DNA of 56,394 bases from the NCBI GenBank assembly GCA_008632985.1, contig QPGO01000321.1:1-56394 (forward strand). Reading direction: 5' to 3'. Under the pieces are notes generated by a model. That model was given only the letters and a program-made list of their open reading frames with translations. It made no database searches and was not told the DNA's origin. The stretch is from Psammoneis japonica (lineage: Eukaryota). A program made the position numbers and the translations under genes. Shown piece after piece: positions 38,829 to 52,670 of this stretch (within the stretch, counting starts at the first letter, position 1; each line of letters starts with the position of its first letter).

Positions 38829-41185
38829 TGTTCTGAAAAGCCCGTCTACCGTTCTGGTTGATAACAGATGCTCGTGAGAGAAGGAAGCAGGAAGCCGCTG
38901 GACGCGGTGGCGGTTTCCAGTTTTTGTTGGCGACGACGACATGGCCGCAAGCTTCAAAACCCCAAACATCAGAACGCGAAGAGCGCGCGAAACCCGGCAT
39001 GCGCCAGCAAGGCAAGCGTTGCATCAGTGTTTGTCTGGAGAGGAGACAGCTTTACTGCTGGCACTGTGAAATGTCTTCTGGTGGGAGAGGTGGGAAATGA
39101 TGTTGCCTTGGCTCTCTTGGCTCCTTGCTCTTTGAAAGAAGAGTGAGAGCGTGCCAAGACTTTGCTCTTGCTCCCCAGCAGCACTGCCCTGCCCCCACCA
39201 TCACATGCAGAGTGTCGCGCAAGTCTGCAGAAGCCACTCTGGACAACTGCAAGTCTCTTCAATGTTGCACTCATGTGCACTGCAAAGGGATCTCTTGCAC
39301 ATTTGATGAATCACAAAACCCCTGTTTTTGACAAGATGCACACATCAATCAACTGACATCATGCTGGCACAAAGTTCCCAACAACTTCTGGGAACAAAAA
39401 GCAGAGGGCCATGTCAGTTGCAGAGCTGTTGCTCATGTCTTGCACATTTTGTGGCTCTGCCACAGTGGGGGTCAAAGTCCAGGCCAGCCACAATTCCCTT
39501 CCAAAAACTTTGAGTTGTGTGGGCATGGTTGTGTGGAGTCCAAACCTCGCGTGACTTGTGGTGCAATGACAGAAAGAGTTGACACACCAGCTGTTCTGTC
39601 TGTGTGCCTTGGAAACAACACAAAACCAATTCATGGCTGTGTTCCCTTTTCCAACCATGGCTGGTCTCCTGAGGACAACTGTGTGTTTGACCTCTTCAAC
39701 ACCAAAAACAGGCGCCAAACTTTCCTTAAAAATGAACACAGCACTGCGAGCCACACACACACACTCTTTCATTTTCAGATTGCACACTCACATCTTTTCA
39801 GTCAATTTAGAGCAGATGCAAGCCAGGCAGTGTTTTCAAAATTTGTCACTCTGCAGAGTGACAGCATAAAAAGGATTTTGTCAATGTGCTGTTCAGCTGT
39901 TTTTTTCTGCATTTTCACTCCAGTTCCTTCTCCACCAGTCAGCTGCAGCATGTGCTGCACTGGCAACACACAGCAAGACCCTGTGCAGCTGATCCCATGG
40001 AAGCATGGGGTGTGCGTGGCTCAGCGACTGATGCATTTTGGCAGCGAGCATCCATGCACATGGCATGCACACATTGACAGGTCATCAAGGCAACAAAAGC
40101 ATGATGACACATGAAGAGACAGCACCCATGGGTGTGTGCATGATGATGTGCAAATGGGGTTGGAGAAACTTCAAAAAGGCAGGTTGCGTGTGATCCAAAA
40201 TCTGAGCTGACAGAGAATTTGTGCAACCCCCCATTTGCACAACTCCATTTCCATCAATGAGGCAAACTGGCCTCACAATGTCTGCAATGTGACTTTCAAC
40301 AACCTGCAATTTTCATCACCTGATGGTGCACAAGGCACGGTGCCAGCTTTTGATGGGTTTGATGCTGTCTTGACAACAGTGGATTCATTGGTGTGCTCAC
40401 ACAGCTTGCAGTGAGAGCTGGCTGCAGCAGCGCAAAAGTTGAGTGATGCAACAAGTGATGAGACTGGATGTGGGACAACAACACACCACATTGACCCCGT
40501 GTTTGGCACTTGCCTTTCTGTGACTGTGGTGGGCTGCAACTCAGCAGCTGCTGGAAATCTGGCTGGTGGTGAGCACATGAACAAGAGTCAACATGCAATG
40601 TGCCATCATGAAAAAGGGAAATGCACAACCAAGACAAAGCAAAATGGGGTGTTTCATGGGTTCTTGGCAGGGAGTGGGTCTCCAGTTGGGCGGTTGCAGC
40701 CATGTGGCACCGTGTTGACAAAGATCTGACAAAGCTGCTTTCTGCAATGCCCAACAAGAAATGACAAATGACATTTGGGCACCCCATCTGCAGCAAAAGT
40801 GCAAATGTCAGTTCTGCCTGCAGTGCCTTTTTGTCAATTCTTTTGTGTTGTCACTGTGGCAGCAGCGCGTGTGCACTCACATCCAGAGCATGCCACACCA
40901 GATTGGAGTTGCTTGGAAGAAAATGATCCAGCATTGTCTGTCAGCCACAGCATGAGAAGATTGCACTGTGCAGCCTGATCCACGCAGAAAGAGATCTCCA
41001 CAAGGGGTTTTCTGTGAATTTGGCAACTCTGGGTGCTGCACTTGCAGCAAATGCCAGAGGCAGGCCCCAGGATTGAAGCACTCAGGGTGCAAACTTTCCC
41101 TTTTTGCAGCAGAAGACAAGCCCCACAAACATGCCTCTCTCTGACCTGCTCTTTCCCTGCACACTGCTGTTTGTTTGTGACCATG

Positions 41186-41364
41186 ATGGCATGATGGCAC
41201 TCTTCAGGCCAGCGCAATGGATCTGCTCTTTCGCTGCCACCCCCCTTCCTCCTCCACCACCACAAACATGAGCACACATGCTTGTCAAGCTCTCCGCAGC
41301 CCTCTTGTTTGTGTGTGACCACAACATGGCATGATGGCACTCTTCAGGCCAGCGCAATGGATCT
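41186..41364. repeat. 39-bp direct repeat
   Basis: ATGGCATGATGGCACTCTTCAGGCCAGCGCAATGGATCT at 41186-41224 and 41326-41364. Confidence 0.85.
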
Positions 41365-41577
41365 TTTCTTTTGCCGCCCCCCCCCCCCCCCCCCCCCCCC
41401 CCCCCGCACACACACACCACCACCACACACACACACGTGCACACATGTGCATTGCAGCTGGTGGTGTTCAGGGCATGGTTCACAAGGCTTTCTCCCACCC
41501 TTTCTTGAAAGTGCTGTGAAATGCTCTTTCCTTTTGTCACATGCAGAGAAGCGTGTTGTCCCCCTCTGGCTGCCCCT

Positions 41578-43029
41578 CTCAGTTTGGTTTTACCCATTTG
41601 GGGATTCCCCAAAATGGCCAGGGCAACGGGGAGTCACCTTTCCCTTTCAGGGTGATCCCGGGAAATGAGGGTAATTTTGCGGGAAGGAACGTCTGAAAGA
41701 GGTCAGGGGAGGGGAACAAAAAACGAGTGGAAAGCGGCAACTCTGGATTGATTTGTATTAGGCGCATGTGCTTTTTTATCTTGTGCGGTAGACAGACAGA
41801 ACTTACACACTGCCAGCTAGCTGGCAGCAGCTCCAGTAGAGTGGAGCAGAAAATGTCATTCACACGGCACTCTAGACTGTTGCAATTGCACTTTAAATTG
41901 GTCTACTTCGCTGCTGCCACTGCTGTTGATTCCACTGCTGTTCTCCATCTCCAAAAGCTCCACGTTGACAGAGGCTGGCTGCTCGGTTTGTTGGATCATC
42001 TCAACCAAGCATTCGTTGATCATCCATGGCTCCAACGCTGCATCATCAACTCCACCAGAACCAGCCGAGCAGGCCATGACAGATGTTTGGATCTGTGGAT
42101 GGAGAGATCCAACAGAGCTGCTGCTGCGCCGACGCTTGGCCAATGAGGCAGCCGCTGATGCTTCATTGGCCTCGGCGACATCATCTTTGGCGGCAGCTGA
42201 CGCTCGTCTCTTGGCTGCCATTCGTTCTTGTGAAGAATTGTGCAGCCCACGATGCCAGTTGGCATGGTTCTTGGAGATCTTGGCCTTGCAGGGCTTGACG
42301 TGCATCCTCTTGATCTTGCAGAGATGGGCGGTGGCTTTCGCAGCGTTGGCGCCCTTGCATGAATGCTTGCACCAGCCACACGTCCAGCCGCCTGCGTCCT
42401 CAGACACGAACTCATCGTCCCAGATGCTCGTGATTTCTGAGAGCTCCTCTTCCTCAGCGACAGCAGTGACATTGCTGTCGACACTCATGCGAGCATCACC
42501 CTCCTGCTCTTCGTCACTCATGTGCCAACATGCATTTTTTGAGAGGAAGCGAACCCATGCAATGTGAATGACAAAGATGATGGTGTGCGAAACTGAATGA
42601 AAAGACACGGGTGAGCGCACAAAGTGTGAACGAAAAGACGTTGGGCACACATCTCAGCGAAATGACATGCCGGACACGCGGCATCAAAAAGAAAGACACG
42701 CCATCAACGTGACAGCGAACAGATGCTGCATCAACGTGGTGCGGGGTGACAAAAGAAGGCGTTGCAGCTGTAGAGAAGCCGCAGCAGCTGTCATTGTGTT
42801 GAACGAACGGTGCTCCGAGCTGTTGAGCACTGCAAGTGCAACATCTGCGGGCGATGGGGAAGCACGGGGAATCACCGATGGATGATTTTTTATTCGTGTG
42901 TTAAGCATTTGTACAACGAAGGGCAATTCGTGGCGATTCCCCGGGAAAACACCCTTTCCGTAAAAAAACAGGGTAAAAGGTGGTAATCCTGGGGAGCTCT
43001 GTTCAAAAACATGGCAAAACCAAACTGAG
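41578..43029 (-). mobile_element. Non-autonomous hAT-like DNA transposon (1452 bp) with BED-finger remnant
   Basis: 17-bp TIR CTCAGTTTGGTTTT(A/G)CC at 41578-41594 and 43013-43029. 8-bp TSD CTGCCCCT at 41570-41577 and 43030-43037 (an alternative parse gives a 10-bp TSD). Internal ORF IWDDEF..WTCGWCKHSCKGANAAKATAHLCK..KPC; no DDE domain seen. Confidence 0.85.
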
Positions 43030-43146
43030 CTGCCCCTCCTTTCTGTTGTTGGCTTCACTGGACTTGTCAAGCTCTCTGCAGCCCTCCCAGCCATGAAATG
43101 CAGCACAAGCCTCTCAACCCCCAGAGAGCTGGGTGAGGGAAGGGAC

Positions 43147-43179
<33 letters not shown>

Positions 43180-43499
43180 ATGTTGTTGGGGGGTTGGGAG
43201 GGTGCTGGGGGCTGGACAACAACACAAGATGGTGTGCATGACAAGCCATCAGGTGCTGCAACAAGACACAATTGATGACAATGTTGGGGCAAGCAACAGC
43301 CTCATCTTTGGCACTCACTCTTGCTGATTTGCTTCAATGCTTGCAGTTGCTGGTCAGAATCTTTTTCTTGAGTTTCAAGCTGTGTTGTGTTTCACAGATT
43401 CTCAAACAAGAACAAGTCATGTCTGTGTCAAAAGTCATCCACAGCATGCGCCAACCAACAGAATCAGCAGCTTTTTGTGGCACTGCATGAGATGACCTG

Positions 43500-44200
43500 G
43501 AATGTGACCAAATTTTAAAAGAATTTCATTCTGTGTGCATGGGCTCTGCAACTGGGAAAGGGGTTGCTCCTGGAAATTTGCCAGACCCATGCAGCAGCTT
43601 CAGTGCTGCATTCTCATTCAAGACATTTCAACCAGATTGTTGCATCCATTGCCAGTCTCCCATGGAAGACAGGGACCACGTTCTTCACTGCCCCCATGAT
43701 GAACAATGGTGATGGACATTCCTTCAGGGCCTGCACAAAAAGTGCAACAATGTGCACATCTCTCCTTCTTTGCATGACATGCTGTTGCTGAGTTTGAAGT
43801 CTTGGTTCTGGGAAGAATTGGCACACTCAGATGATGCACATCATGGCATCTGTTCTGTCTTCCATTCTTAAGATGGGACAGGGTGGCGTCACATCTCCAA
43901 TGGCAGGTTTTTGGTGGAATGGAACACAGCTCAGCAGACACACCTGTTGACAAGCGGACATCATGATCAGGAGGTGGCGGTCGGAGATTGGATTGGGCAG
44001 CTGCAATGGGATCATGTGTTTGGTCTCAATGGCAGGAATTGTGGGACTCACACAATGACACAGTGCACGGACACGACTCGGAAACCCAAAAGTCTTCCCA
44101 ACATCATGACACCAAGGCAGAAGTCAAGGCCATCTGCTCCAGAGTCAACAATTGCTTGGCAAAGATAAGGTGCACTTGTTTGATTTGGTTGATGAGCACT
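43500..44200 (+). mobile_element. Non-LTR retrotransposon (LINE) C-terminal remnant
   Basis: CIHCQSPMEDRDHVLHCP zinc knuckle at 43641-43694, followed by W..Q..W..WQELWDSHNDTVHG across frameshifts. Confidence 0.7.
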
Positions 44201-44722
44201 TGACTCACTCTACACACAGGTTGTGAAATTGGTTGACTGTGGTGCACCCTGTGTTCAAGTCTGGCATTCAGGAAGCCCAAGAGGCACTCACACCATTGCC
44301 AGTTGCTTCGGCATGGCACCACCTGATGGTGGTGCCAATGTTGGCTAGTTACTGCAGGCCCCTGCCACACTTTTTGTGAACTGGGGGTGTGGGCTAGCTT
44401 GATGCCGGAGTTGCAGGGTGGAAGTGTAGCAGCACCTAAAACACAGAATTTGGGTTTTGTCATTCAAGACATTTCGCCTGGATCACCAGCGTTCGACCGA
44501 ACCCCTCATCATGAATTGAGATTTGTGACTAGCTAACACTATTGCCGAGGAGGCACACCAAGAGTTTAGTTGTGGTAGATTTGTGGCAGCTATTCTGTTG
44601 CCCATTGACGGAAGTCGTTTGTGTCCCGAGCGATTGATATCCCGCCGCAGTCTTCTAACATGCCAAATGGAGCACGCGAAATTGAAATGCCATAGTGTAC
44701 ATGGCACAAGAGCACTTTTTTT

Positions 44723-45748
44723 TTATGGTAAGTCAATAATTCTAGTTCGACATTTTCCATCAAACCATTCTTGCATCCCTCCTAACTCATCATGGACAAG
44801 CTCGAGCGCTTCGTTCAGTGACACTTCCTCAACATCAAACGCTTCCGAGCAAGCATCCTTTATCGACGAGAAGAATGAATTCTTCCCCAATTTACCGTAG
44901 TAAGTATCCAGCTTCACTAGGAACTCGTCATGAGATCGATCTCCCCTGTAGGCCGGTCGTTTGGACGGCAGTGTCAAGTAGGACATGTGCTCGTCCACAT
45001 AATCCCATAGAAAGCTAGTATGGTGAAGCCACGCACCCTTTGTGATGGCTTGCGCATTGCCACCCATTTTCTTTTCGCCGAGCACGTAATCATTTTCACG
45101 CAAAGAAAATTCTGGGACCTCGCCAACTGGAATATCATCAGTCCGACAAGTCGGGACAGGGATGAGACGCCCAGAATTTTCTTGTCCGCAGGACTTGCTG
45201 TCAACAACTAAAGAGAATTGCTCGCCCTGACTTACAGTATCGCCATTTTCCATAAGTGTCTCGTTCATTTTAAAAAAGCTTGGACCAAAAATTTGATCGG
45301 CCGACCAGTTCATTATGCTTCGAGGATAAGGTTCGACATCCGGGAAGTGTTGGTTCGACCGATAAGGTCGTCCACAGCGAGCAATGATCAAGAACGACGG
45401 TGCCTCCACCCGAAAACCGCTTTACAACAAGCACACCGTCTTCTTTCACCGAGTCAACATTTAGAAGATCCTTGGGCTTTCCGCCGATGCCCATGACAAT
45501 AACACACGACCGATTCGGGTCCTCAGCTGTTGTCTCTAGATAGGACGGAAGTGGATTGTGGTGCTGGAGAAACCGATTGTTTGTTGGTTCGTGAGTCCCT
45601 AGTATAGCCCAACTGCGTTCCTGAGGGTCATTCGAAGAAGAGCTTCTTCTAAACACAGTCGCTCTAAGGCAGACAAAGCCGAGCCTCGAAGATCAAGCCA
45701 AGAAAGACTGACTCGTCGTGACAAACCGGCTGAAACATTCGTCGACAT
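44723..45748 (-). CDS. Lipoate-protein ligase A-like (BPL/LPL catalytic domain); two apparent 1-bp frameshifts (~45632, ~45365)
   Basis: ERLCLEEALLR, IVMGIGGKP, KRFSGGGTVVLD, ENDYVLGEKKMGGNAQ, WLHHTSFLWDY, YRGDRSHDEFL. Confidence 0.85.
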
Positions 45749-46039
45749 CTTTGAGTTGACTGGTAAATTGAAGCCAGATTTTGTTGCCAAAGTCCTGCTT
45801 TTATTGGGAGCTTATCGAGTCTTCTGAAAACTCACAAGTCTAAACCAACAGTTGCCAACAGGAGAAACAGCACTATCATCTCTCATTTTATGCCGTGCCC
45901 CGGCGCGGTCGCTCATTGTGGCGGGAAAACTGTGGTCCGATGCGCGATACTGTAATGCCGGTACTGTGTAGATGGATGGGCAGCTTATGTGCTGACGTCA
46001 CCAAATCTCCACCGCGCCCTCTTGGCTGGCTTCTCACAA

Positions 46040-47700
46040 TGCTGTGATCAAGTTCGTTTCAGCGGATTTGTGAACAATGTGCTGTTGCAATCTTCAATGG
46101 ACCCAGGGACAGCGCCCCAGTCCTCAAGTCCAATGCAAACAAGCCAAAATGAAAAATGTCTGCTTTGAAAACTCTCCACAGCCACACAAGATTGCACAAC
46201 TTTGCTCACAAGATCGAGAGAGGGGCTGTGTCGCCGTGTGAGTGAGTGCATTGCAGTGGATGTTGCAGGCTCCACAACATGTGTGACATTGCAGACATCC
46301 ACAACACAGCATGATGGAGTTGACAATGAAATGCAATGCTTGAAAAGCTTTGCCCTTCAAGGAACACTTGACGTGTGCTTTTTGTGCAAAGATGTTCCTG
46401 GCTCTCAGCGCTCTCGCCAACTGCGCTGCTCAAGAGCAGCCAGATCTCCCGGCATTGCCACAGAACATGGTCAGCTGCTGCAAGACAAAAGTCTCATTTA
46501 GACTTTTGAAAGCAACAATCGGCAAGAGCAGTGCCTGGCAACAGGTGGAATCCAGGGCCTGCAAAGCTGCAAAATCAGGAAAAAACTGGGGCACAAAAAG
46601 AGCAAAGAGCAGCTGACAAGATGCAGGGGGAAGTGGAGGCACTGAAGAGCAGAGACAGCCATGTTGCTGACAAGCACACAGGCAAAAAGGCACAAATTTG
46701 CAAAAATGAAACAGGCAAAGGAGAGAGGAAACTGCGGAGAGCTTTGCGCGCCAGTTTGGCTGGTTTGACATCAAACAATCTGTCTGTGAGCCCATCTGGT
46801 GCCAATCCACACCCTGACACCAGTGACATCTCAAAGCCTGCAAGCAACAACAGCCACAGAAATGTTGACACAAGGGTTGGTTGTTGGGTGGCAAGACAAG
46901 CAGCAGATGCCATTGCTGGAAACCAGGCAATTTCATTTCCACACCATGATTGAGGAAATCTGAATGATCAGCTTTGGTTGACTTTCCACAGCAAAGCTGA
47001 GCTGCCCATGTGTGGTTGGTGCAAAGATTGCCCACAAGGTGGCCATTTGAAACCCAGCACCTGCTGAATTGAAAATGCAAGACAGGCCTCTGCAAGATCT
47101 GTGGTTGGTCAAATCAATTGCAGCTTGCCCAATGAGCAGCACACTTTTGTGTCTTGAGAATGGCTGCACTCACCAAAGAGGGAGTTGTTTGAGTTCAATG
47201 TCATCTCAAAAGCAAGGGAGCTGCACTGCATGGCAGCTCATTGAGCTTGCTTTCTTGCACTCTCATGCTGGAAGTCTTTTGAATCAAGAGCCATCTTCCA
47301 GTGTGAGCATCTTGAGCATTTTCTTCTTCATTGGGAGTGAGACACTTTGATTCCCTTGGACTTGACAATTCTGTGCTTGAGCCATTCACAGACCATTCCT
47401 GGTGCACACTGACAACCATGTGGGCACCAATCCCTTTCTTTTCTCTGCATCTCCTCCAGCAAGCATGTGAGCTGCACTTTGAGTCCCTTCACATTTGCAG
47501 CAATTGGAGTGACCACTTTGGCAAAGATCTGCAACCAGCCAGTGCAGGTGCAGGGGTGACACACAGAGCCTGGGTTGTGGTGGGTTCATCAACTACATTG
47601 TGGCAACATTGCACTGGTGGAACAAAAGCAAGTGAACAGAGAGCACGAAGGAGCAGTTCAATGGAAGCAACAAATGATTGCAAAAGAGTTTGGCACACAA
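46040..47700. other. TpA/CpG-depleted block 5: unidentified decayed sequence
   Basis: Only 2-3 TA seen in ~1.65 kb; Tyr-free overlapping ORFs. Confidence 0.75.
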
Positions 47701-48164
47701 TGATGTTAATTACGAGAGGATTCCACAAAAGCAGCGCAATGCTGGTTACGAGTCATGAGTCTTCTGGAGAAGAGAATTCAATGTGATCCCGGCGGTGGCA
47801 CTTTCCTGGTTGGTCGTGTTCGCAACCAAGTTGGCGTCGGTCGAGCTTTCGCTTGAATCGTGCATTCTCAGTGTAACTCTCATCGAGCGGTTGTTCTCTA
47901 CTAGAGTAGAGGCGGCGAACGTCGCGGTACTGTAGTCATAAATTCCCAGTTTGGGCAGAGTCAGTGAATGACGCGCTTCAACACCTTCTTGAGCTCTCGT
48001 GGGTTGTCCAGAGACATTTCTGGTGCACAAGATTGTTGTGACCGTTGAGGATGAACTGACGTGAGGCTAGATATCATAACTAGAACCTCATACAGCGCAG
48101 AAGTGACACCCAATTTTGGAAGATGCTAGTGAGTGGAAAAACCAAGGCTTAAAAACGTATTTCA

Positions 48165-49718
48165 CTAGCCAGATGTTATGGCTTCCGATAGCCTTAAACA
48201 ATACCTTATGAAAAAAGAACACCCCCTATTATTTAGATTTTTAGATTCTGTTTCTACGAAACACGTCCCAGATTCTCCCTTACACCTAGGACCCCCGCTT
48301 GTCCCAAAGCGAATGCCTTCGTCGGTGTCGATCAGATTCATGAGCTTAGCGCTCTGAATCCAGTAGGTTTGGGGAGATCCTACACCACGAGGCCTTGTGG
48401 TCTTGAGTGACTTGTATATTTTACGAGTCTCATCAGGTATCTCTTGGCACTGCTCAAAATGAAACCTCTGCATATCTGCAACTGTTTGGTAGATGCGGCT
48501 GATTGAAGATGGGTAGCATACAGCGCGCTCTGCACGGTCTTAGGTTGCAAATGAGAGCAATGAATACACCGAATACCAACTTGTCCTACAACAAGCTTTT
48601 GGGCACCTTTTGAGTGGCGCGAGGCAACATCGTGTTCCGAAGCCGTGAATACTTCAACGAACTCAGACCTTACGTAGCACTGCCTGTCCGACAAGCTGTC
48701 GCTGTCGCCGGGTAGCGCGAGAAGCATCCTCTGTGACCGATCTTGGCGAGACGAGATGCCCCGTGCGACGCCTCGCGTCCTTCATACGCTGATAGACGGA
48801 ATTCCTGAAATCTTGGCGACAAGGATGGGTATCGTGGAATATCAGGAGATAGACCACGTCCTTGAAGTGCCCATGTTCCGCCACGCAGAGGGGTTCCAAG
48901 TTGCAATTCCTTGCTCGCGTGGTAAGCAAGCGCCCCAAGCGCACCGGAAGAAGGTGTATTCAAAATGTGCTGCGATTTCCCGAGAGCCATTCCGGGTCTG
49001 CCAGCTCGTCTTAGACGATCCTGATTACGAGAGCACGTCTGCTCATGAGCACAGGCTTCCTCAAAAGTGAGGAATGTTGCGACGCAGCAGTAGTCGCACG
49101 CCCACCGTTTTGGGTGTAGGTGGATATTTGGACTAGTGCCTCCGTATGACGAACCCATATCCATATCTGAGTGACTGTATGGGGATACTTTAGTGTATGG
49201 GTCCAAGTGAGCGCCAGGAGGGTAGTATCCGGTCCTCAGTGACGACGGCTCATTCTTGAGAATCGGTGGAGTAACGATGCTGCCCGACGATGCAGATGGC
49301 GGTGTTTGCGCTGCCAAGTGTTCATGATGAGAAGTAAACGATCGAGGTCTGGATGATTCTAATATAGAGGGAACAATCACATGCTTGGGATAAGTCGAAG
49401 GAGATTCAGTTTCCATCGGATCCTGATAAGACTCCTTTCTGTAGTAGGATTTTTTCGTCGGTGGCACCCGTACATGTTCCTTAGGGGAGTGATCCATATT
49501 CTCATCTGGCTCGCATCGTGCCTGGCGCTTAGACCCTCTAGATGTAGGAGAGAGCGATCCATCGCGTGACGAGTTTAGTTCTTCCTCATCACCACGTTTT
49601 TGGATGACTCGTTTCTCTTTTGCCACTGCAAGTGACCATGAAACATTGAAATATTAAGATTGAAAGTGGCAAATACACTGCGATATTGATACTTACATTC
49701 TTCCTTGGAACGTATCAT
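48165..49718 (-). CDS. Diatom-type hypothetical protein with a CxxC..H..C finger and a VGIRCxHC domain; intron 49626-49696; several frameshifts
   Basis: WACDYCCVATFLTFEEACAHEQTC; LSDRQCYVRSEFVEVFTA..QVGIRCIHC..MQRFHFEQCQEIP..YWIQSAKLMNLID. Confidence 0.7.
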
Positions 49719-50400
49719 GTCAACGCCCTGCACTAATCTTAACTTTTATCCCTGAACCACGTTTACCAAGGACGACGGTACTCCAAGTCGCAGCACAACC
49801 CACAAAACAGTTTGAATTCTTCGAAACCCCTTTACGATGATATCTTCACTGCTTTTCCCCCAACAATTCCCCGTAAACTTTGTCAAGAGGCAAGAGGTGC
49901 GAACGCCCGACAATATTGTGTGCAAGGATGAAAGAAAGATGTGATGCAGTAAGCTTTCATGAAATTTACGCCCCAACGCATTAGAGGTCGTGCGTTCAAA
50001 ATTTCAAAAATGTTTATTTTAATTTTCGTGACTGACTAAATTAGATAAAGTATTTGATACAGAATTTTTGTTTTCCTGTCCATAGCATATTCGTCGTTGC
50101 AGAACATAAAATTGTAATCCAACGGCCCCTTCTAAGACTAAAAAATGCGATTATTGCCTAAATTTTCTCATTACAGCCCTTATTTATGGTCAATGTACTT
50201 ATGGAAGCCATTTCGATGACCGCGCGGTTGTGACGTCGTACATAGATCGCGCGAGATGCACGATGGTGAATGGTGAACGAGTGAACGAACGCTGAACGGC
50301 GAACGAGGAATGGTGAGCCGCTGGTTGCCGTTTGTTCAAACAACGAAGACGAGTGACGCGCTGCTTGTGACGGAGGAAGAGGTGCCTTTCGGCGGGCACA

Positions 50401-52593
50401 ATGAATTCAAACAATGAGTTGGTCTCGGCCACTGATACGAAAGTGAAAAAGCGGCGTTTGGAAACACCGACAGCAACTAAGGAAAGCCTCAAAAAGGAAA
50501 AGAAGGCAAGGTTGCAAGGCTCTCGAGATGCGAAACGGACGGACGCGGACATTGACGTAAAGATGGAAGAGAAGAAGAAGGAAAGGAAACAGAAGAAGAA
50601 AAAAAAAGAGAAAAAGCGTAAAAACAAAAAGAAGAGCAAGAAAAGGAGTGAGCTCGTGGCTGAGGAAGAAAAGTTTCTAGGCAGCAATGAGGAGAAGAAA
50701 GTGAGAAGTAGCGAAGACGAAGCTGCAGCTCGGCAAAGAGACGAAAAAGAGGGTGATCTCGTGACTCATCAAGAGAAGCGACGAATCGTCGTTGAGGATG
50801 ACACTCCGAGTGGTAAGAAAACCGAGGACAAAGCACCAACCCAGCAGCACGATGATCATCGGATAGTTCAAAGCTCCGCGCTTGATTTCGTTCCGGCTCA
50901 AAATGTCTCAGAGAATGATACGAGTTTGTTGCTATTTTATCAATATGTGGAGCCGGCTTGGGATACTGAATTTTACAACAGGACAGTTCTCGTTCACATG
51001 AACAAACTGGGAGCCGATTTGGAGCTCACGGGACGAATGAGAGTCGCTAGAGAAGGTTTGAACTGCACGTTGACAGGATCCCATGACAGCATTCTTTCCT
51101 ACTGTCGCCACTTGCGAAAGTTTCATCAGGGTGAGTTTGCAGCGACAGAATTTAAGATCACAAAGGACTTGCCGAGGGCGCAGAGATTTCCTAATCTTAA
51201 GGTAATCCCAGTCACTGAACTGGTTCACTATGGATTAGAAGGCGAAAAAACTCCCTCCATGCGTACACTGGAAACCACTTAGAGCCAGTTGAATGTAAGT
51301 TTATTCTCTTGAGATACAGTATCTTTGTATGCATTGGGGTGGATACCACCGCTAACCTCTTGACGTCTCGTTGATGTTCAGATCATAAGAAGTTAGCGGA
51401 AGAGGGAACAGTTGTTATCGATGTTCGGAACCACTACGAAGCGGCGATTGGGCACTTCGAACCACCTGCTGAGGGTGCCGAGTGGTTGGACCCTGAGATG
51501 AGAAAAAGCACGGAATTTCCTGTCTGGCTGAACAAGCCTGAAACGAAAGAAAAATTGCGTGGAAAACAAGTTCTCATGTACTGGTGAGTTATATTCACTT
51601 TCAATTATTCGTCGGCGTCGGTCTTCATCTTCGACTTACGATTGCCATGGTGGCTTATTATCTTTGACCTGTTCACGGTGGTAGCACTGGGGGCGTTAGA
51701 TGTGAAAGAGCATCAGCTCTTCTCAACTACAAGATCGAAACAGAACCGGACGTAAAAGATCTTGGCATAAAAGTATTTACTCCGTCTACACTCCTGTGTC
51801 CTGGTCATACTGGAAACTAGACTCACTCGCCGAGGCTTCTATTGCGTTAGGAGTTTATCAATTACAGGGTGGAATAGATAAGTATTTCAAAGAAATACCG
51901 ACGAGGCTTCTGGAAAGGTAAAAACTATGTTTTTGATAAAAGATTCGCACATGCTCCGCCAAAAATTGAAGCTGAGGAAAGGGTACAGAAGTCGAAGAGC
52001 GAACAAAGAATGGGGAACTGTGAAGCTTGCGGGAAGCCGTGGGACATGTATAGAGGCAAACGACGATGTCCCACCTGCGGTGTACCAAGTCTTATTTGTC
52101 GTGACTGCTTCCAGGCACATCGCGACGGCACCAAAAGGATCGGTAGGGACGTAAGATGTGACCTTTGCGTACAACAAAACATTTCTCGAAGGCACAGATT
52201 AGAGAGAGGGAAGAGAAAGAGCTTCAAGAGTACGAGTCGGCTCGGTCGAAGATCGCAGCGGGCGTCGCAGTTCCAAAATCTATGCAGGCGTTGGTGCCAA
52301 ATCCGAATGGTGTGACAAGGTTGCTGCTAAAGAATATGTGCAGACGAAAAATGGACGACGCGACATTGATGGAGGCTCTCCCTGGCATAACACACATCGT
52401 GTGGAGGACCGATCGGAGGACTGGCCAGTTCTACGGGTCGGGTTGGGTTGAGATGGCATCAGCAGAAGACGCGGCGAGAGCCGTAGGGATGAACGGACTA
52501 CGAGTGCTTGGAAGGCCGATGCAAATAATGTACGATCCTCCAGACACAAAAGATTCGTGGCCTCCTCCCAAAAGTGCCGTCGCTAGGTATTAA
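50401..52593 (+). CDS. TSTD2/TrhO(YceA)-like rhodanese protein with Lys-rich N-terminus and C-terminal RRM; introns and apparent frameshifts
   Basis: LLFYQYV, GRMRVAREGLNCTLTG, VIDVRNHYEAAIGHF, VLMY/CTGGVRCERAS, YQLQGGIDKY, WKGKNYVFDKR, CEACGKPWD..CPTC..CRDC; RRM-like TRLLLKNM..GQFYGSGWVEM. Confidence 0.85.
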
Positions 52594-52670
52594 ACTTAGA
52601 ACAACTCCTCACGACACCCTTGGCCTCTTCTCAAAATATTGAAAGGATATGTGTCTTCGTCTCTCTAACG

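Larger units (their letters stand above)
38990..44300. other. TpA/CpG-depleted block 4 containing hAT and LINE remnants and poly-C / (CA)n / (GT)n tracts
   Basis: TA nearly absent except at the hAT termini. Confidence 0.8.

Noticed and set aside
41377..43180. Poly-C/(CA)n and (GT)n/G-rich tracts as long inverted termini
   Set aside because: Low-complexity match only; the real TIR and TSD lie at 41578 and 43029.
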